The notes beneath the pieces were generated by a model, which was not told the DNA's origin, did not search any database, and saw only the letters and a list, made by a program, of their open reading frames with translations. Shown one piece after another: positions 9,634-22,900 of a DNA stretch of 64,000 nt. Source of the stretch: an uncultured Actinomycetes bacterium (GTDB lineage: Bacteria; Actinomycetota; Thermoleophilia; Gaiellales; Gaiellaceae); NCBI GenBank assembly GCA_963759435.1, contig CAVWZB010000005.1, positions 75,056 to 139,055 on the forward strand, written 5' to 3'. Each line of letters opens with the position of its first letter. The stretch's first letter is position 1. The position numbers and the translations under genes were made by a program.

Positions 9634-10320
9634 TCAGCTGTTCGAGGCTTGCTGGAAGAACTCCACGGCCTCGCGGCGGTCGGCGACTCCGAGCTTCTGG
9701 ACAACCGCCGAAATGTGGGCACGGACGCCGCTCGGTTTGAGTTGCAGCCGCTTGGCGATGTCTCGCGTCGAGAGTCCTTCCGCGAGACCGGCGAGTACGT
9801 CCCACTCTCGGCTCGTGAGGCGCGGGCCGAGCTCCGCGCCGACTTCGGTCGTGCGGAAGCGCGGGTCGCTGGAATGGAACTGCATGACCATGCGAGCGAC
9901 GAGCGCAGGAGGAATTGCCGCCTTTCCCTCGGCGACCTCGAGCAGCGCCTCCGGCAGCGTCTCGAAGTCGATGTCCTTGGTGAGATAGCTCACCGCGCCG
10001 GCACGCAGTGCGCGGAAGAGGTCTCCGTCTTCTTCGGAGACCGTGAGCATCACGACCTTCGTCATGGGCAGACGGGCGGCGATCTCCCAGGCCGCGGCGA
10101 CCCCACCGCCGGGCATCCGGACGTCCAGCAGGCAAATGTCAGGCCTCGTCTCGAGCGCCTGCTGCACCGCCCGAGGCGCATCAGCCGCCTCCGCGCATAC
10201 GACGAAGCCGCCGTCTGTCAGCGCACGACACACGTCGTCGCGGGTCGGCGCGTGGTCGTCCGCGACGAGTACACGGAGGGGCTCGGCCTGCTGCGCCGCG
10301 ATATGCGCCAGGAAGCTCAC
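9634..10320 (-). CDS. NarL/LuxR-family response regulator
   Basis: ORF, 228 aa. Receiver motifs LRVLVADDH and ICLLDVRMPGGGG. LuxR HTH LTSREWDVLAGLAEGLSTRDIAKRLQLKPSGVRAHISAVVQKLGV. It overlaps the upstream kinase gene by 4 nt. Confidence 0.93.
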   Translation of the reverse strand: MSFLAHIAAQQAEPLRVLVADDHAPTRDDVCRALTDGGFVVCAEAADAPRAVQQALETRPDICLLDVRMPGGGVAAAWEIAARLPMTKVVMLTVSEEDGDLFRALRAGAVSYLTKDIDFETLPEALLEVAEGKAAIPPALVARMVMQFHSSDPRFRTTEVGAELGPRLTSREWDVLAGLAEGLSTRDIAKRLQLKPSGVRAHISAVVQKLGVADRREAVEFFQQASNS

Positions 10321-11687
10321 AGCTCGAGCTCCACCTTGGTGCCGGCGCCACGGCGCGAGTCGATATGCAGCTTCCCTCCGAGCGCCTCGGCGCGGTCCTT
10401 CATCGTCACGAGCCCGAAGCCACGCTTCGGCTGCTCTTCGTCGAAGCCGGATCCATCGTCTTCGACCCCCAGTCGCATGCCGGCGTCGGCGCGCTCGAGG
10501 TAGATCCGCAGCACCTCTGCGCCGCTGTGTTGGGCGGCGTTTGCGACGGCCTCGGACGCAATGCGGATCACCGCCTCCTTCTCCCTTGGCGACAGCGCGA
10601 TCCCGCTTGCAAGCTCCATGTCGACGGAGGCGCCGTAGCGTTGGGCTGCTTCCTGTACGGCTTGAGCGAGCGCCTGGTCCAGTGACTCGTCGGGTCTGGC
10701 CGCCAGCGCACCGACCACGCGCCGCGACTCCTCCTGCGCCCGAGCGACGCCGCGCAGGATCCGCTCGACGAGCTGGGGCTCCGCGCCGTGCTGGCTGAGA
10801 AGCCGGACGTTCCGGGCGATGAACGAGATCTCCTGGGCGAGCCCATCGTGGACGTCGCGGGCGAGCCGGCGCCGTTCCTCGAGGGACGCGGCCGCGATGA
10901 CGCTCGTCCAGTAGGAGGCGATCTCGCGAGCAGCTCCTATGAGTAAGGCCAGATAGAAGCCGAGGCGGAACACATCACCGGTGTAGACCCAGTTCGAGAG
11001 CGCCGCCGGGTGAAAGAAGTAGTTGATGTGGCTGGCCCCCGAGAGGATGCAGGCGATCGCGAGCCACCCGCTCAGCTCGTCGTTGGTGAGACGGTTGCGC
11101 CGCGCGAAGCCGAAAGCCGCCAGGATGTAGAGCAGCGCGAGTGCGAGCTGCAGACCAGCGGCCAGGCTCGGGTGCGCGTCGCCGGTCGCGACCGACGCCG
11201 CGATGCCGTGAGGGAGGAGGCTGGGGAACAGGACCATCGGAAGAGACCCGGCCACTGCAAGCACCAGCACGCCGCCAAAGATCACGAGGGGCCAGCGTCG
11301 CCCGACAGCGATCCTGCGCCGCGGGAGAAGCGCAGCAACGCAGGTGAGGAATGCGGCCACCAACGCCGTGAACAACATGCCCCACACAGAGGCGCGGCTC
11401 GACTGCAAGTCGAAGACCGCCGGCAGCGTGGCGAAGGCGAAGTTCCCGAGTGCGAGCAGGAAGAGGCCGGCAGACAGAATCAGCTCGTCGAGAAAGCCCG
11501 TACGCCAGAAGCGACCGAACAGCAGGAAGGCGGCAGCCGAAGCGGCAATCGCGGCCGTCGTCTCGAGCGCGACGTGCAGTGCGGGAGCGCGATACGCGAA
11601 GTTGAGGCTCGCAACGAGCACGAGGGCCAGGGTTGCGCCGGCAGAGCCGAGCGCACAGCCAACCGCAAGCCTCCGCAACCGCAGCAC
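10317..11687 (-). CDS. Membrane sensor histidine kinase (HisKA_3/NarX-DesK type)
   Basis: ORF, 456 aa. The multi-span N-terminal half is followed by H-box RRLARDVHDGLAQEISFI, N-box ASEAVANAAQHSGA, G1 GVEDDGSGFD and G2 GFGLVTMKDRAEALGG. Confidence 0.92.
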   Translation of the reverse strand: MLRLRRLAVGCALGSAGATLALVLVASLNFAYRAPALHVALETTAAIAASAAAFLLFGRFWRTGFLDELILSAGLFLLALGNFAFATLPAVFDLQSSRASVWGMLFTALVAAFLTCVAALLPRRRIAVGRRWPLVIFGGVLVLAVAGSLPMVLFPSLLPHGIAASVATGDAHPSLAAGLQLALALLYILAAFGFARRNRLTNDELSGWLAIACILSGASHINYFFHPAALSNWVYTGDVFRLGFYLALLIGAAREIASYWTSVIAAASLEERRRLARDVHDGLAQEISFIARNVRLLSQHGAEPQLVERILRGVARAQEESRRVVGALAARPDESLDQALAQAVQEAAQRYGASVDMELASGIALSPREKEAVIRIASEAVANAAQHSGAEVLRIYLERADAGMRLGVEDDGSGFDEEQPKRGFGLVTMKDRAEALGGKLHIDSRRGAGTKVELEL

Positions 11688-11851
11688 GACACCTCACCTT
11701 CTCTCATTACGCCCGGCCTGGGACCAGTCTTTTGGGCTGGACCGGGCTCCCGGTTCGGCTACGAGGGAACGGCACCGCACCCGACTGCCGGAGGGCCATT
11801 TCCAGCCGTTCGGCCGACGAATACAGGCCGCGTGCAGGCCACTGTGAGGAG

Positions 11852-12304
11852 GTGGCGATCCGCGCAACGCGCCGGCTGCTCGAGAACCAGTTCGTCCGCT
11901 TCTGCGCGGTCGGCGCCTCGGGCTACGCGATCAACCTCGCGGTCTACGCGGCGCTGCTCGTGCTCGGTCTCCACTATCTCGCCGCATCGGCGATCGCCTT
12001 CCTCGTAGCCGCTGCGAGCAACTACCTCTGGAACCGCACGTGGACGTTCGGCACGTCCGACGCCCCCGTCCTCAGCCAGGGTGCGCGGGCCTTCCTCGTC
12101 TCGGCGCTGTCACTCGGGGCGAACCAGCTCTTCCTGCTCGTGCTCGTAGCTGCGGGCGCCGGTCACCTGCCCGCGCAGGCGGTGGCGATCGTCCTCGCGA
12201 CGCCGTTCAGTTTCGCGGCGAACAAGCTGTGGGCCTTCGCGGCGGAACCGTCCGCCGGCGAGCTGCAACCAGTCGTGGTTCGCGCACGCCGACGCGACTC
12301 CTGA
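11852..12304 (+). CDS. GtrA-family membrane protein
   Basis: In ORF 11633-12304. ENQFVRFCAVGASGYAINLAVY...AASNYLWNRTWTF...FSFAANKLWAF is the GtrA pattern. GTG 11852 is my best guess for the start, but the start is uncertain. Confidence 0.75.
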   Translation: MAIRATRRLLENQFVRFCAVGASGYAINLAVYAALLVLGLHYLAASAIAFLVAAASNYLWNRTWTFGTSDAPVLSQGARAFLVSALSLGANQLFLLVLVAAGAGHLPAQAVAIVLATPFSFAANKLWAFAAEPSAGELQPVVVRARRRDS

Positions 12305-12355
12305 CGCGCCGCCTGCCCAAGGCGGAATCAGGGGCGAAACGGCGAAGTTCGTGGG

Positions 12356-12643
12356 TTGGCCGTGAACGTTCACCAGCTGACACCGGAAGAGCCGCTCTCG
12401 CCCGAACTCGTGCTCGTCTTCTCGCCGGAGCTACGCGCCCAGGCTCTCGCCTGCCTTCCCGCGCCGGTCTGGGCGACGCCACCGCGGCGGGCTGTGGAGG
12501 TTCCTGCGGCTGCCGTCGTCGAGCCGTTCGAAGCGTCTCTGGGCGCGATACTCGTCTCTCGCGTCGTGCACCTCGCGGTGGTCTTCGTGACCGTCACGAT
12601 TCTCGTCCTCGCGATGTCACTCGTGGCGAACGCGATGCGATGA
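12356..12643 (+). CDS. Hypothetical small membrane protein
   Basis: ORF, 95 aa. It has a C-terminal hydrophobic helix (ILVSRVVHLAVVFVTVTILVLAMSLVA) and codon third-position GC typical of the window. No family recognised. The start could be GTG 12362. Confidence 0.4.
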   Translation: MAVNVHQLTPEEPLSPELVLVFSPELRAQALACLPAPVWATPPRRAVEVPAAAVVEPFEASLGAILVSRVVHLAVVFVTVTILVLAMSLVANAMR

Positions 12644-12737
12644 GATCCAGCCCTCCAGCACGGCCAATCGATAAGGCGGCGGAGCCTGGTCGTTCGGGCC
12701 GGTCGAAAGCTCGCGTCCGGCGCTACAGAAGAGAGAT

Positions 12738-13334
12738 ATGGAAGCCCGCCTGACTCAGCGGCGCCTCCTCACGGGCGCTGCCGCGCTCGTGGCTCTCGTC
12801 GCGGTGACGAGCGGCTGCGGTGGCGGAACCGAAGCGCAGGCGGCGAGGAGGACGGACCCGAAGCTCGGGACCTACTCGAACTCGCTCCTCAGCTTCAGCC
12901 ACCCGGCCGGCTGGAAGGCGTACCCGTTCCGCTGGGGCGGCGAGCTGCACTTCCGCCCGATGGTCTACCTGAGCACGCAGCCGGTTCAGGATCCGTGCTC
13001 GACCAAGGGGAACACGACCTCCTGCGGCTTCCCGGTGGGTCAACTTCAGCCGGGCGGCGTGCTCGTCACCTGGAACGCAAGCAACCCGCCTGCGGTCGCG
13101 CTCGGGCCGGGTTCGCGGATTCAGGTCGACGGGCGCGAGGCCAGGCGCGTGGACACGACCGGCGGAATCTGTCGCAGCATCGGCGCCGACCGGACGGTCG
13201 ACGTCCGGATCCAGACGGGGCCTCTACCCTCCACCCTGACGGAGATGACCGCCTGTCTGCGCGGGCCGGGGCTGGCGCAAGAACAGAAGAGCCTCGACGC
13301 GCTGCTCGCCTCCACGAAGTTCGCCTCGCAGTAG
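12738..13334 (+). CDS. Putative lipoprotein
   Basis: ORF, 198 aa. Signal peptide with lipobox ALVALVAVTSG-C. No family recognised. Confidence 0.7.
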   Translation: MEARLTQRRLLTGAAALVALVAVTSGCGGGTEAQAARRTDPKLGTYSNSLLSFSHPAGWKAYPFRWGGELHFRPMVYLSTQPVQDPCSTKGNTTSCGFPVGQLQPGGVLVTWNASNPPAVALGPGSRIQVDGREARRVDTTGGICRSIGADRTVDVRIQTGPLPSTLTEMTACLRGPGLAQEQKSLDALLASTKFASQ

Positions 13335-13531
13335 TCCGCGGCCCTCGACCGAAGGTCCTGGCCGGACCAGACCTAGGTCCTGCCTGGAATGCCGCGGATC
13401 TGTCGAAACCGAAAGCAGACGCGGACGGATGCACGGCATCCACTGACGGTGATGTCTCCTCGGACCCGGCGGGTCAGGACGTGTCACAAGAACTCGGTGC
13501 CGTGCCCGGCCCGCGGGCCGAGGCGAATCGC

Positions 13532-14338
13532 CTAGGTCCCGTCGAACCAGCGATAGATCGGGAGCTCCGAGGTCGCCGCGGACTCGGACACGAGCGCGGG
13601 CTGCGGTTCCGGCTCGGTCACCTGCTCCGCATCTTCGGCTGCCGCTCGCTCGAGCTCGAGTTCGGCAGCACGGCGACGATCCTGTTCCGCGGCCTCGCGT
13701 TCGAGCTCGGCGTCCGCAGTGCGGCGCTCCTGCTCGGCCACCGCGGCCAGACGGGCCTGCTCCTCGGCAGCCGCAACACGTCGCGCCTCCTCCTCAGCGG
13801 CCTTGCGTTCGAGCTCCGCCTGGGCAGCGCGGCGCGCCTGCTCAGCCTCTGCCGCGAGACGAGCCTCTTCCTCCGCCACGGCTACCCGGCGCGCGTTCTC
13901 TTCCGCCTCGGCGGCTCGGCGTGCCTGCTCCTCGGCCTCCGCCGCCCGACGCGCTTCCTCCTGCGCCTCGGCAGCGCGGCGTGCACGCTCTTCCGCCTCC
14001 GCAGCTAGACGTGCCTGCTCCTCGGCCTCCGCCGCCCGACGCGCTTCCTCGTCTGCAGCCCGGCGCGCCTCGGCCTCGACGGCCCTGCGTTCGCGCTCCG
14101 TCTCGGCAGCCCGGCGTTCGCGCTCCTCCGCTTCGGCGGCACGGCGGGCCTCCTCCTCGGCCGCCCTGCGTTCGAGCTCCGCCTGGGCGTCGCGGCGTGC
14201 GTGCTCCTCGATCTCCGCGGCGGCGAGCTCCGAACGCCGTTGCGCCTCCTCGGCGTCGATGGTGTAGCGCTCGGCAAGAGCCTTCCGCTCCTCCGGAAGC
14301 TCCTGAATCCCATCCGCCGGTCGCCGTTTCCACATCAT
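13532..14338 (-). CDS. Glu/Ala/Arg-rich repeat protein (predicted long charged helix), unknown function
   Basis: ORF, 268 aa. About 200 residues of EEARRAAEAEE(Q/R)AR(L/R)AAEAE-type repeats are flanked by non-repetitive ends (MMWKRRPADGIQELPEERK... and ...ELPIYRWFDGT). All six frames are open here. This frame was chosen because only it has ordinary non-repeat termini. No SD upstream. Confidence 0.5.
   Translation of the reverse strand: MMWKRRPADGIQELPEERKALAERYTIDAEEAQRRSELAAAEIEEHARRDAQAELERRAAEEEARRAAEAEERERRAAETERERRAVEAEARRAADEEARRAAEAEEQARLAAEAEERARRAAEAQEEARRAAEAEEQARRAAEAEENARRVAVAEEEARLAAEAEQARRAAQAELERKAAEEEARRVAAAEEQARLAAVAEQERRTADAELEREAAEQDRRRAAELELERAAAEDAEQVTEPEPQPALVSESAATSELPIYRWFDGT
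13921..14050. repeat. Perfect 40-nt direct repeat, 90 nt apart, inside the Glu/Ala/Arg-rich gene
   Basis: GTGCCTGCTCCTCGGCCTCCGCCGCCCGACGCGCTTCCTC occurs at 13921-13960 and again at 14011-14050. Confidence 0.9.
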
Positions 14339-14443
14339 CCTGGAAGGACCGAATTATTCCCCAGAACGCCGAAGATCGGAGCCCCCGGAGTGGGTTGATC
14401 TCCCTATGCGAATGGGGACTGCAACCGGCTCTTGCCGTGGGCT

Positions 14444-14917
14444 CTACCCGCTCGGCTCGACCACCGGCGCCGTCGCGACCTCCGGCGCCTCCTTGCGGAG
14501 CGTGAGGAAGAGCCAGAGGTACATGCCGAGGATCAGGATCGCGTTCACGGGATGGAGCGCCGCGCCCCAGCGGCCCGTTCCGGGCAGGATTAGCTGCACG
14601 AACGTCAAGATCGGCACCAGGATCGAGATGGCCCGGATGCGAGTGTTCGGGTGCCATGCGACCAGCGCGACGATCAGGAAGAGGATTGCGCCCGGGAACG
14701 TCAGGAAGAACCCAAGCGCGCGATGGGCATCGAGCGGCTTCGAGTTGCCGGCGCAGAGCGTGCTGACAACATTGGCGCCCGTCTTGTCGCAGTCGTCCGA
14801 GTGCTTGATCACGTTCAATCCGAAGATCCCCTCGCCTGCGAGATAGACCTGGATCACGATCAGCACCACGTAGAGGGCTGAGAACCATTTCAGGACTGAA
14901 GTCGCACGCCGCCGCAT
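14444..14917 (-). CDS. Integral membrane protein (about 4 TM segments), unknown function
   Basis: These are the last 157 codons of ORF 14444-16396, starting MRRRATSVLKWFSALYVVLIVIQVYLAGEGIFG.... The upstream part of that ORF is an Arg-rich shadow of the opposite-strand gene. Confidence 0.75.
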   Translation of the reverse strand: MRRRATSVLKWFSALYVVLIVIQVYLAGEGIFGLNVIKHSDDCDKTGANVVSTLCAGNSKPLDAHRALGFFLTFPGAILFLIVALVAWHPNTRIRAISILVPILTFVQLILPGTGRWGAALHPVNAILILGMYLWLFLTLRKEAPEVATAPVVEPSG

Positions 14918-14968
14918 GAATACCCCTTCAAATCGGGAACCGCGCGAGCCTACTACTCCCCTCGGCCG

Positions 14969-18012
<3,044 letters not shown>

Positions 18013-18053
18013 CTACGTTCCGGACACTGTTTGTAGTCGACCAAGGAGGAGTG

Positions 18054-18779
18054 ATGAGAAGGCGCTATATCTGCGGCGCTTTCGTGGGGGTCCTCGTCAC
18101 TGCAGCTGCGCTCTCGGCAACTGCAGGCGGAGCGGCTCCGAGCGTGCTGCACGGTCGGATGCACAGGATCAGCAACTCGACCAGCACAAACTGGTCCGGT
18201 TACGCGGTCACGGGTAGCCGCTTCACCAGCGTTTCGTCCTCGTGGACGGAACCGACGGCGACGTGCTCGGGAACGGCGTACTCGAGCTTCTGGGTCGGCC
18301 TGGACGGCGACACGTCCGGCACTGTCGAGCAGACCGGCACGGATGCGGACTGCTCGGGCTCGACGCCGCAGTACTACGCGTGGTACGAGATGTATCCGAA
18401 GTTCCCGGTCAACCTCAAGGGCACGGTGAAGCCGGGAGACCACCTGTCCGCGTCCGTCACGACGAACGGCCGCGGTTCGTTCACGCTGACCATCTCGGAT
18501 AGCACCCAGGGGTGGACCAACACGACGACGGCGAAGCTGAAGTCGGCCAAGCTCGCGTCGGCGGAGGTGATCGCGGAGGCTCCGTCGAGCAGCGGCGGGG
18601 TCCTGCCGCTCGCGAACTTCGGCACCGTGAGCTTCAGCGGCGCCAGCGCGAACGGGAGTCTGCTCACCAGCAGCACCCCGCACATCGACCCGATCACCAT
18701 GCAATCGGGCTCGACGGTGAAGGCCGTGCCCGGCCCCATCAACTCGGGCTCCTTCTCCGTCCAGTGGAAGCACTCCTGA
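18054..18779 (+). CDS. Secreted peptidase family G1 (eqolisin / Peptidase_A4)-like protein
   Basis: In ORF 17904-18779. AAGGAGGAG precedes ATG 18054. After the signal peptide come NWSGYAV...SSFWVGLDG...VEQTG...YYAWYEMYP...AEVIAEAP, which is the G1 glutamic-peptidase fold signature. Confidence 0.8.
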   Translation: MRRRYICGAFVGVLVTAAALSATAGGAAPSVLHGRMHRISNSTSTNWSGYAVTGSRFTSVSSSWTEPTATCSGTAYSSFWVGLDGDTSGTVEQTGTDADCSGSTPQYYAWYEMYPKFPVNLKGTVKPGDHLSASVTTNGRGSFTLTISDSTQGWTNTTTAKLKSAKLASAEVIAEAPSSSGGVLPLANFGTVSFSGASANGSLLTSSTPHIDPITMQSGSTVKAVPGPINSGSFSVQWKHS

Positions 18780-18787
18780 GTTAGGCC

Positions 18788-18827
18788 GGTGGAGGATCCC
18801 CGTCGCCCAGGCGGCGGATCCTCCACC
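18788..18827 (+). terminator. GC hairpin after the G1-like peptidase gene
   Basis: GGTGGAGGATCC (18788-18799) pairs with GGATCCTCCACC (18816-18827), a perfect 12-bp stem with a 16-nt loop. It lies 9 nt after stop 18779. No clear T-tract. Confidence 0.55.
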
Positions 18828-18863
18828 ACTTCTTGCACGGTCGCGCCGCGTAGAGTTGTCGTC

Positions 18864-19955
18864 GTGACCGTGACCGCCAGCGGCAAGATCGAGCGTTTGC
18901 TGGGCGAAATCGACGCGCTGATCGCCGACGACGAAGCCGCCGACCGGCAAATCGCGGGCGGCTGGCGGACCTTCGAGGACATCGTCGCCGCCGCGCATAC
19001 CCACACGTGGGACGCCTACAGCGTCGACCTCTCCACCGACGCCGCCAGCTACAGGCAGCTCTCCCGCCGCAAGCAGGATGCCGTGAAGCGCGTCTTCGGC
19101 ACGATCTTCCGCGCGGAATCGATTGTCGACGACTGGATGGGGCAGATCGTCGCGGCGCTGCCGCGGGAGCCGGGCTACGAGTCGATGCGGGCCGCGCTCA
19201 TGACCCAGGAGCACGACGAGCGGATGCACCGTGGCAGCCTCCTCCGGGTCGCGACCGAGGTGCTCGGCATCGACGCTGCCGACGCCGACCGCGTGGCGCG
19301 GAAGTACAACAACTTCGTCGCCGAGATCCTCTTCGACCAGTTCGAGGACCAGATGCGGCACCTCCTGCGAGCGAACCGCCCCATCGAGGACGTCTACACC
19401 GCGATCTTCATCTACGGCGTGCTGAGCGAGGACGTCGTAGCCAACAGCGACGTCGTGATCCGCCGGGCCAAGGGCAACGCGCTCTACGACGTCCACCACC
19501 TACCGGGGATGAAGGAAGGCCAGACGAACGTCCGGCGCGACGAGGGCCGTCACGTTCGCATCGCGGTTCTCGCGACCCATCGCTTCCTCGAGGAGTTCGA
19601 GGACGCTCCCGAGCGCCTGCTCGGGATCAGCACCTACTACATGGATCTCGCGGACCGGATGGTGCGGCGTGCCAAGGCGTCGCACGGCCTGATCGACGCG
19701 CATCTGGCCGAGTCCTACGGGCCTGACGTCGACTCGCTCTACTACTACGTGATGAACATGAAGCGGCTCGCCGTGCGGCTCGACGAGCTGGGGCTGCGGG
19801 AGGGCGTGCTCGAGGTGAAGCGCCGCGTGGACGCGGCGATCGCGGAGTTGAGCGGCGAGGACGGCGAGCCGATCGTCGAAACGCCGAGCAGGCTCCTGCG
19901 AATCGTCGGGCCGACGGTGCTCCGGCTCGCGGGCGCCTCGAAGCTAGCCGGCTAG
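18864..19955 (+). CDS. Ferritin-like di-iron carboxylate protein (ribonucleotide reductase R2-like superfamily)
   Basis: In ORF 18789-19955. The E...ExxH...E...ExxH pattern is present (FRAESIV; QEHDERMH; VLSEDVV; RRDEGRHV). The ORF 5' end lies inside the upstream terminator hairpin, so I place the start at GTG 18864 or 18870, uncertain. Confidence 0.75.
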   Translation: MTVTASGKIERLLGEIDALIADDEAADRQIAGGWRTFEDIVAAAHTHTWDAYSVDLSTDAASYRQLSRRKQDAVKRVFGTIFRAESIVDDWMGQIVAALPREPGYESMRAALMTQEHDERMHRGSLLRVATEVLGIDAADADRVARKYNNFVAEILFDQFEDQMRHLLRANRPIEDVYTAIFIYGVLSEDVVANSDVVIRRAKGNALYDVHHLPGMKEGQTNVRRDEGRHVRIAVLATHRFLEEFEDAPERLLGISTYYMDLADRMVRRAKASHGLIDAHLAESYGPDVDSLYYYVMNMKRLAVRLDELGLREGVLEVKRRVDAAIAELSGEDGEPIVETPSRLLRIVGPTVLRLAGASKLAG

Positions 19956-19959
19956 CCGG

Positions 19960-22900
19960 CTACTTTCGCAGCCGTACGGTCCGGCTCTGCCCGCTCAGGA
20001 GGCCCGGGTAGGCACCCGTCTTTGCGCGGAAGCTGTAGGCGTGGCCGGGCTTCAACGACCGGGCACCCTTGAACGTGGAGCGCTTCGAGGTCTTCACCCG
20101 CGCCAGCACTTTCCAGCGCTTTCCGGCGCGGACCTGAATCACGATGACGCGGCGCCGCTTCTTCGGCCCCAGACTTCCCTTGAAGTAGACCTTGCCGCCG
20201 CGACGCCGAACCGAGAGCTTCAGCCGTTGAGCGACCTTGACGGTCACCAGCGGCGGAGCCGTCACTCCGGTAGCGGTCGCCTCATAAACGGTCTGCTTCT
20301 TCGGCTTCGTCGTCGTGGCGTACGTGCCGGTGCTACTTGTCGTCAGCGTCGAGAGTTGCGTGAACGTGGAAGCGCCGAACGGCTTCGCCTCGAGCGTCAC
20401 GGGCCCGGCTACGCCGACGCCACCTTGGCTCAGAAGACCGCTCAACTTGACGGCGTTGCCGAAGACAACCTTCAACGGAGCCGCGACGAGCGTCACGCCG
20501 GGCACGGCCGCCTGACTCGTGTACGAGACGGTGAACGAGTGCACGAGCGGCGTCGCCTGGCCGCTGGACTGCAGAGCGAAGACGACGCGGAGCGTCGGGT
20601 CACTCGCGGCGGAAATGGACGCGAGACTGACGGTCGTCGTACCGCCCGTGTTGAGCGGCGTGCTCGACAGCTGCTGGTTGGTGCTTGCGTCGAACACCTG
20701 CACCGTTCCGCTCCCGGTACCCGAGCCTCCCGGCGAGAAGAGGGAGGTGTTGACGACCAGCGAGCCCCAGGCTGTAACCATCCTTCCGGTCGGGGCTCCG
20801 ATGGGGTTGGAGCCGGCGCTCCCACTCGAAGCGAAGTTGACCGGAGCGGAGGTGACCTGCACCGTGTTCAGGCTCGGACTCGACGCAGGCGTCGTCAGCT
20901 GCGCACGCCAGCGCATCGCGTGCACCGTCAGGAGGAAGTTCAGGGCTTCACTCGGTGACGACATCGTGACGGGGAAATACTGGGACCAGAAGTCAGTGCC
21001 GCCGGAGGAGTACGGCTGCAGGAAGCTCACCCACAGCGACACGGGGCCGCTCGACGTGCGAGCGATCTGGCGGAAGTCCTCGATCGTCGTCGAGGAGCTG
21101 CCGAGCTGATAGGTGGCCCAGCCGCCGGGGATCGACCCGCTCGCCGTAGGGAAGCTTGTCGTGGCGTGGTCGCCGCGAGTGCGGCCGGTGCGATCGATAG
21201 CGCTCGTCCAGACGTGCAGCGTTGAACCGTCGACCAGCATCCCGGTCGGCTCGGCGCCGCTCTCGTCGGCGGCGAACGGGGTCATGCTCGGGTTGAGCAC
21301 GACGCCGTGATTCGTCCAGTTCGACCCGTCGCCGGAGGTCGCGTAACCGACGCGCTCGATGCCGTCCGCGTCGACCCCGGTGAAGAGCATCCGGTAGTCG
21401 CCCGTGCCGACCTCGACCACGACCGGGTCCTTCGCCCCGGCCGAGTCGAAGGGCAGAGTCGGAGTCAAAGAGATTGCACCGCCTGCACCGAACCCGCTCC
21501 CCGCGCTCGTCGAGGTGGATTGGCCGATGCTCGTCACCCCGCCCGAAGCGGTGCCGGTGAAGTACATGACGTAGTTCGCGCCGTCCTTGATCACCGACGG
21601 ATGGCTCACGCCGAAAGCATCGAAGCCGGAGCCGGGCGACAACAGCTGCGTCGCCGTACTCGACCAGTTGGTGTTGTCAGGCGCGTTCGAGCCCGAGCCC
21701 ACGGTGGTTGTCGAGGCGAAGCCGATCGACTGGACGCCGCCCGAGTCGAGCGCCGTGAAGTAGAGGTCGTACGTGCCGGCACCCGAGTCGTAGAGGACGC
21801 TCGGGTCGCGCTCGCCGCCCTTGTTGAACTGGTTTCCGTTCGGCAGTGCCAGAATCGACCCGCCATCTGCGGTTCCGGCGACCTTCGTCCAGGTGCTCCC
21901 GTCGGCCGAGGTCGCTTCGCCGAGGCGCGGCTTGAAGTCGCTGCCACGCGTCCCCCAGTAGAAGCCGATGAACTTCGGGCCCGTTCCGCCGGGCTCCGTG
22001 GCCGAGATCCCCGAGGCCTGTCGCGCATCGAATGCCGTGCCGGCGGTACCGACGTCGAGCACGGAGCCGCCCGTCTTCGATCCATTGACCTTGTTGAACG
22101 AGCTGCCGTTGCTCGAGGTCGCAAGCCCGATCCGGGTGTGGAAATTTCCATTCGCGTCGATCGTGTTCCCGGAGTAGTAGAGCTTGTAGGGGCTCGCGGT
22201 GCCGGGGTCGGAGAGGACGTCTGGTGAGTTCAGATTCGAGAAGTCGAAGTTCGTGTCCGTGCCGGAGGGATTCAGCGCGGGGCTCGGTCCCGCCCAGACG
22301 AGCCCGTCGGACGAGGTGGTCTCCATGATCTTGGTCTGGAAGACCCCGCCGCCCACGACCTTGCGCCCGGTGAGCAGCATCGAGAAACCGCTCGCCGTCT
22401 TCCACACGGTCGGCGCGAAGGCGCCGAACTGGATGTTGGCGCTGACGCCCGGATCCTCCGGTGCGATCACCTTGCCGCCCTTGGCCCAGGTCATGCCGTC
22501 GATCGAGGTCGCGTAGGCGATGCGCTTCTTGTTCGAGTCGTCGCCCGTGTACCACATCTTCCAGGTCGAGCCGTCCTTGAGCACGGATGGATCGGCCGCG
22601 CTGAAGCTGTCGGCCGACCCGGGGAGACCATGGCCGAGCACCGGGAGCGGCGTGGGGCCGCCGTACTGCGTCCACGTCAGGCCGTCGAGGGAGCTCGCGT
22701 AGCCGATTCCGCCGAACGCGCCCTGGCGACCCGAGAACCACATCTTGTACGGCGCGATGACGTCTGACGGGTCGTAGACGACGTCGGCGCCAAAGACGCC
22801 GTCGGCGTCGAACGCTCCGGCCGTGCCCTTCAGCACCGGGTTACCGCCGTTGCCGCGCACCCAGTTGACTCCGTCGGCCGAGGTCGCGAGGTAGATCGCA

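Noticed and set aside
13719-14267. Plus-strand Ser/Ala/Arg-rich ORF, and the 13842-14888 Arg/Gly-rich ORF, over the Glu/Ala/Arg repeat region.
   Set aside because: All six frames are open because of the repeat composition. These frames lack normal termini. The choice of the 13532-14338 frame remains only moderately confident.
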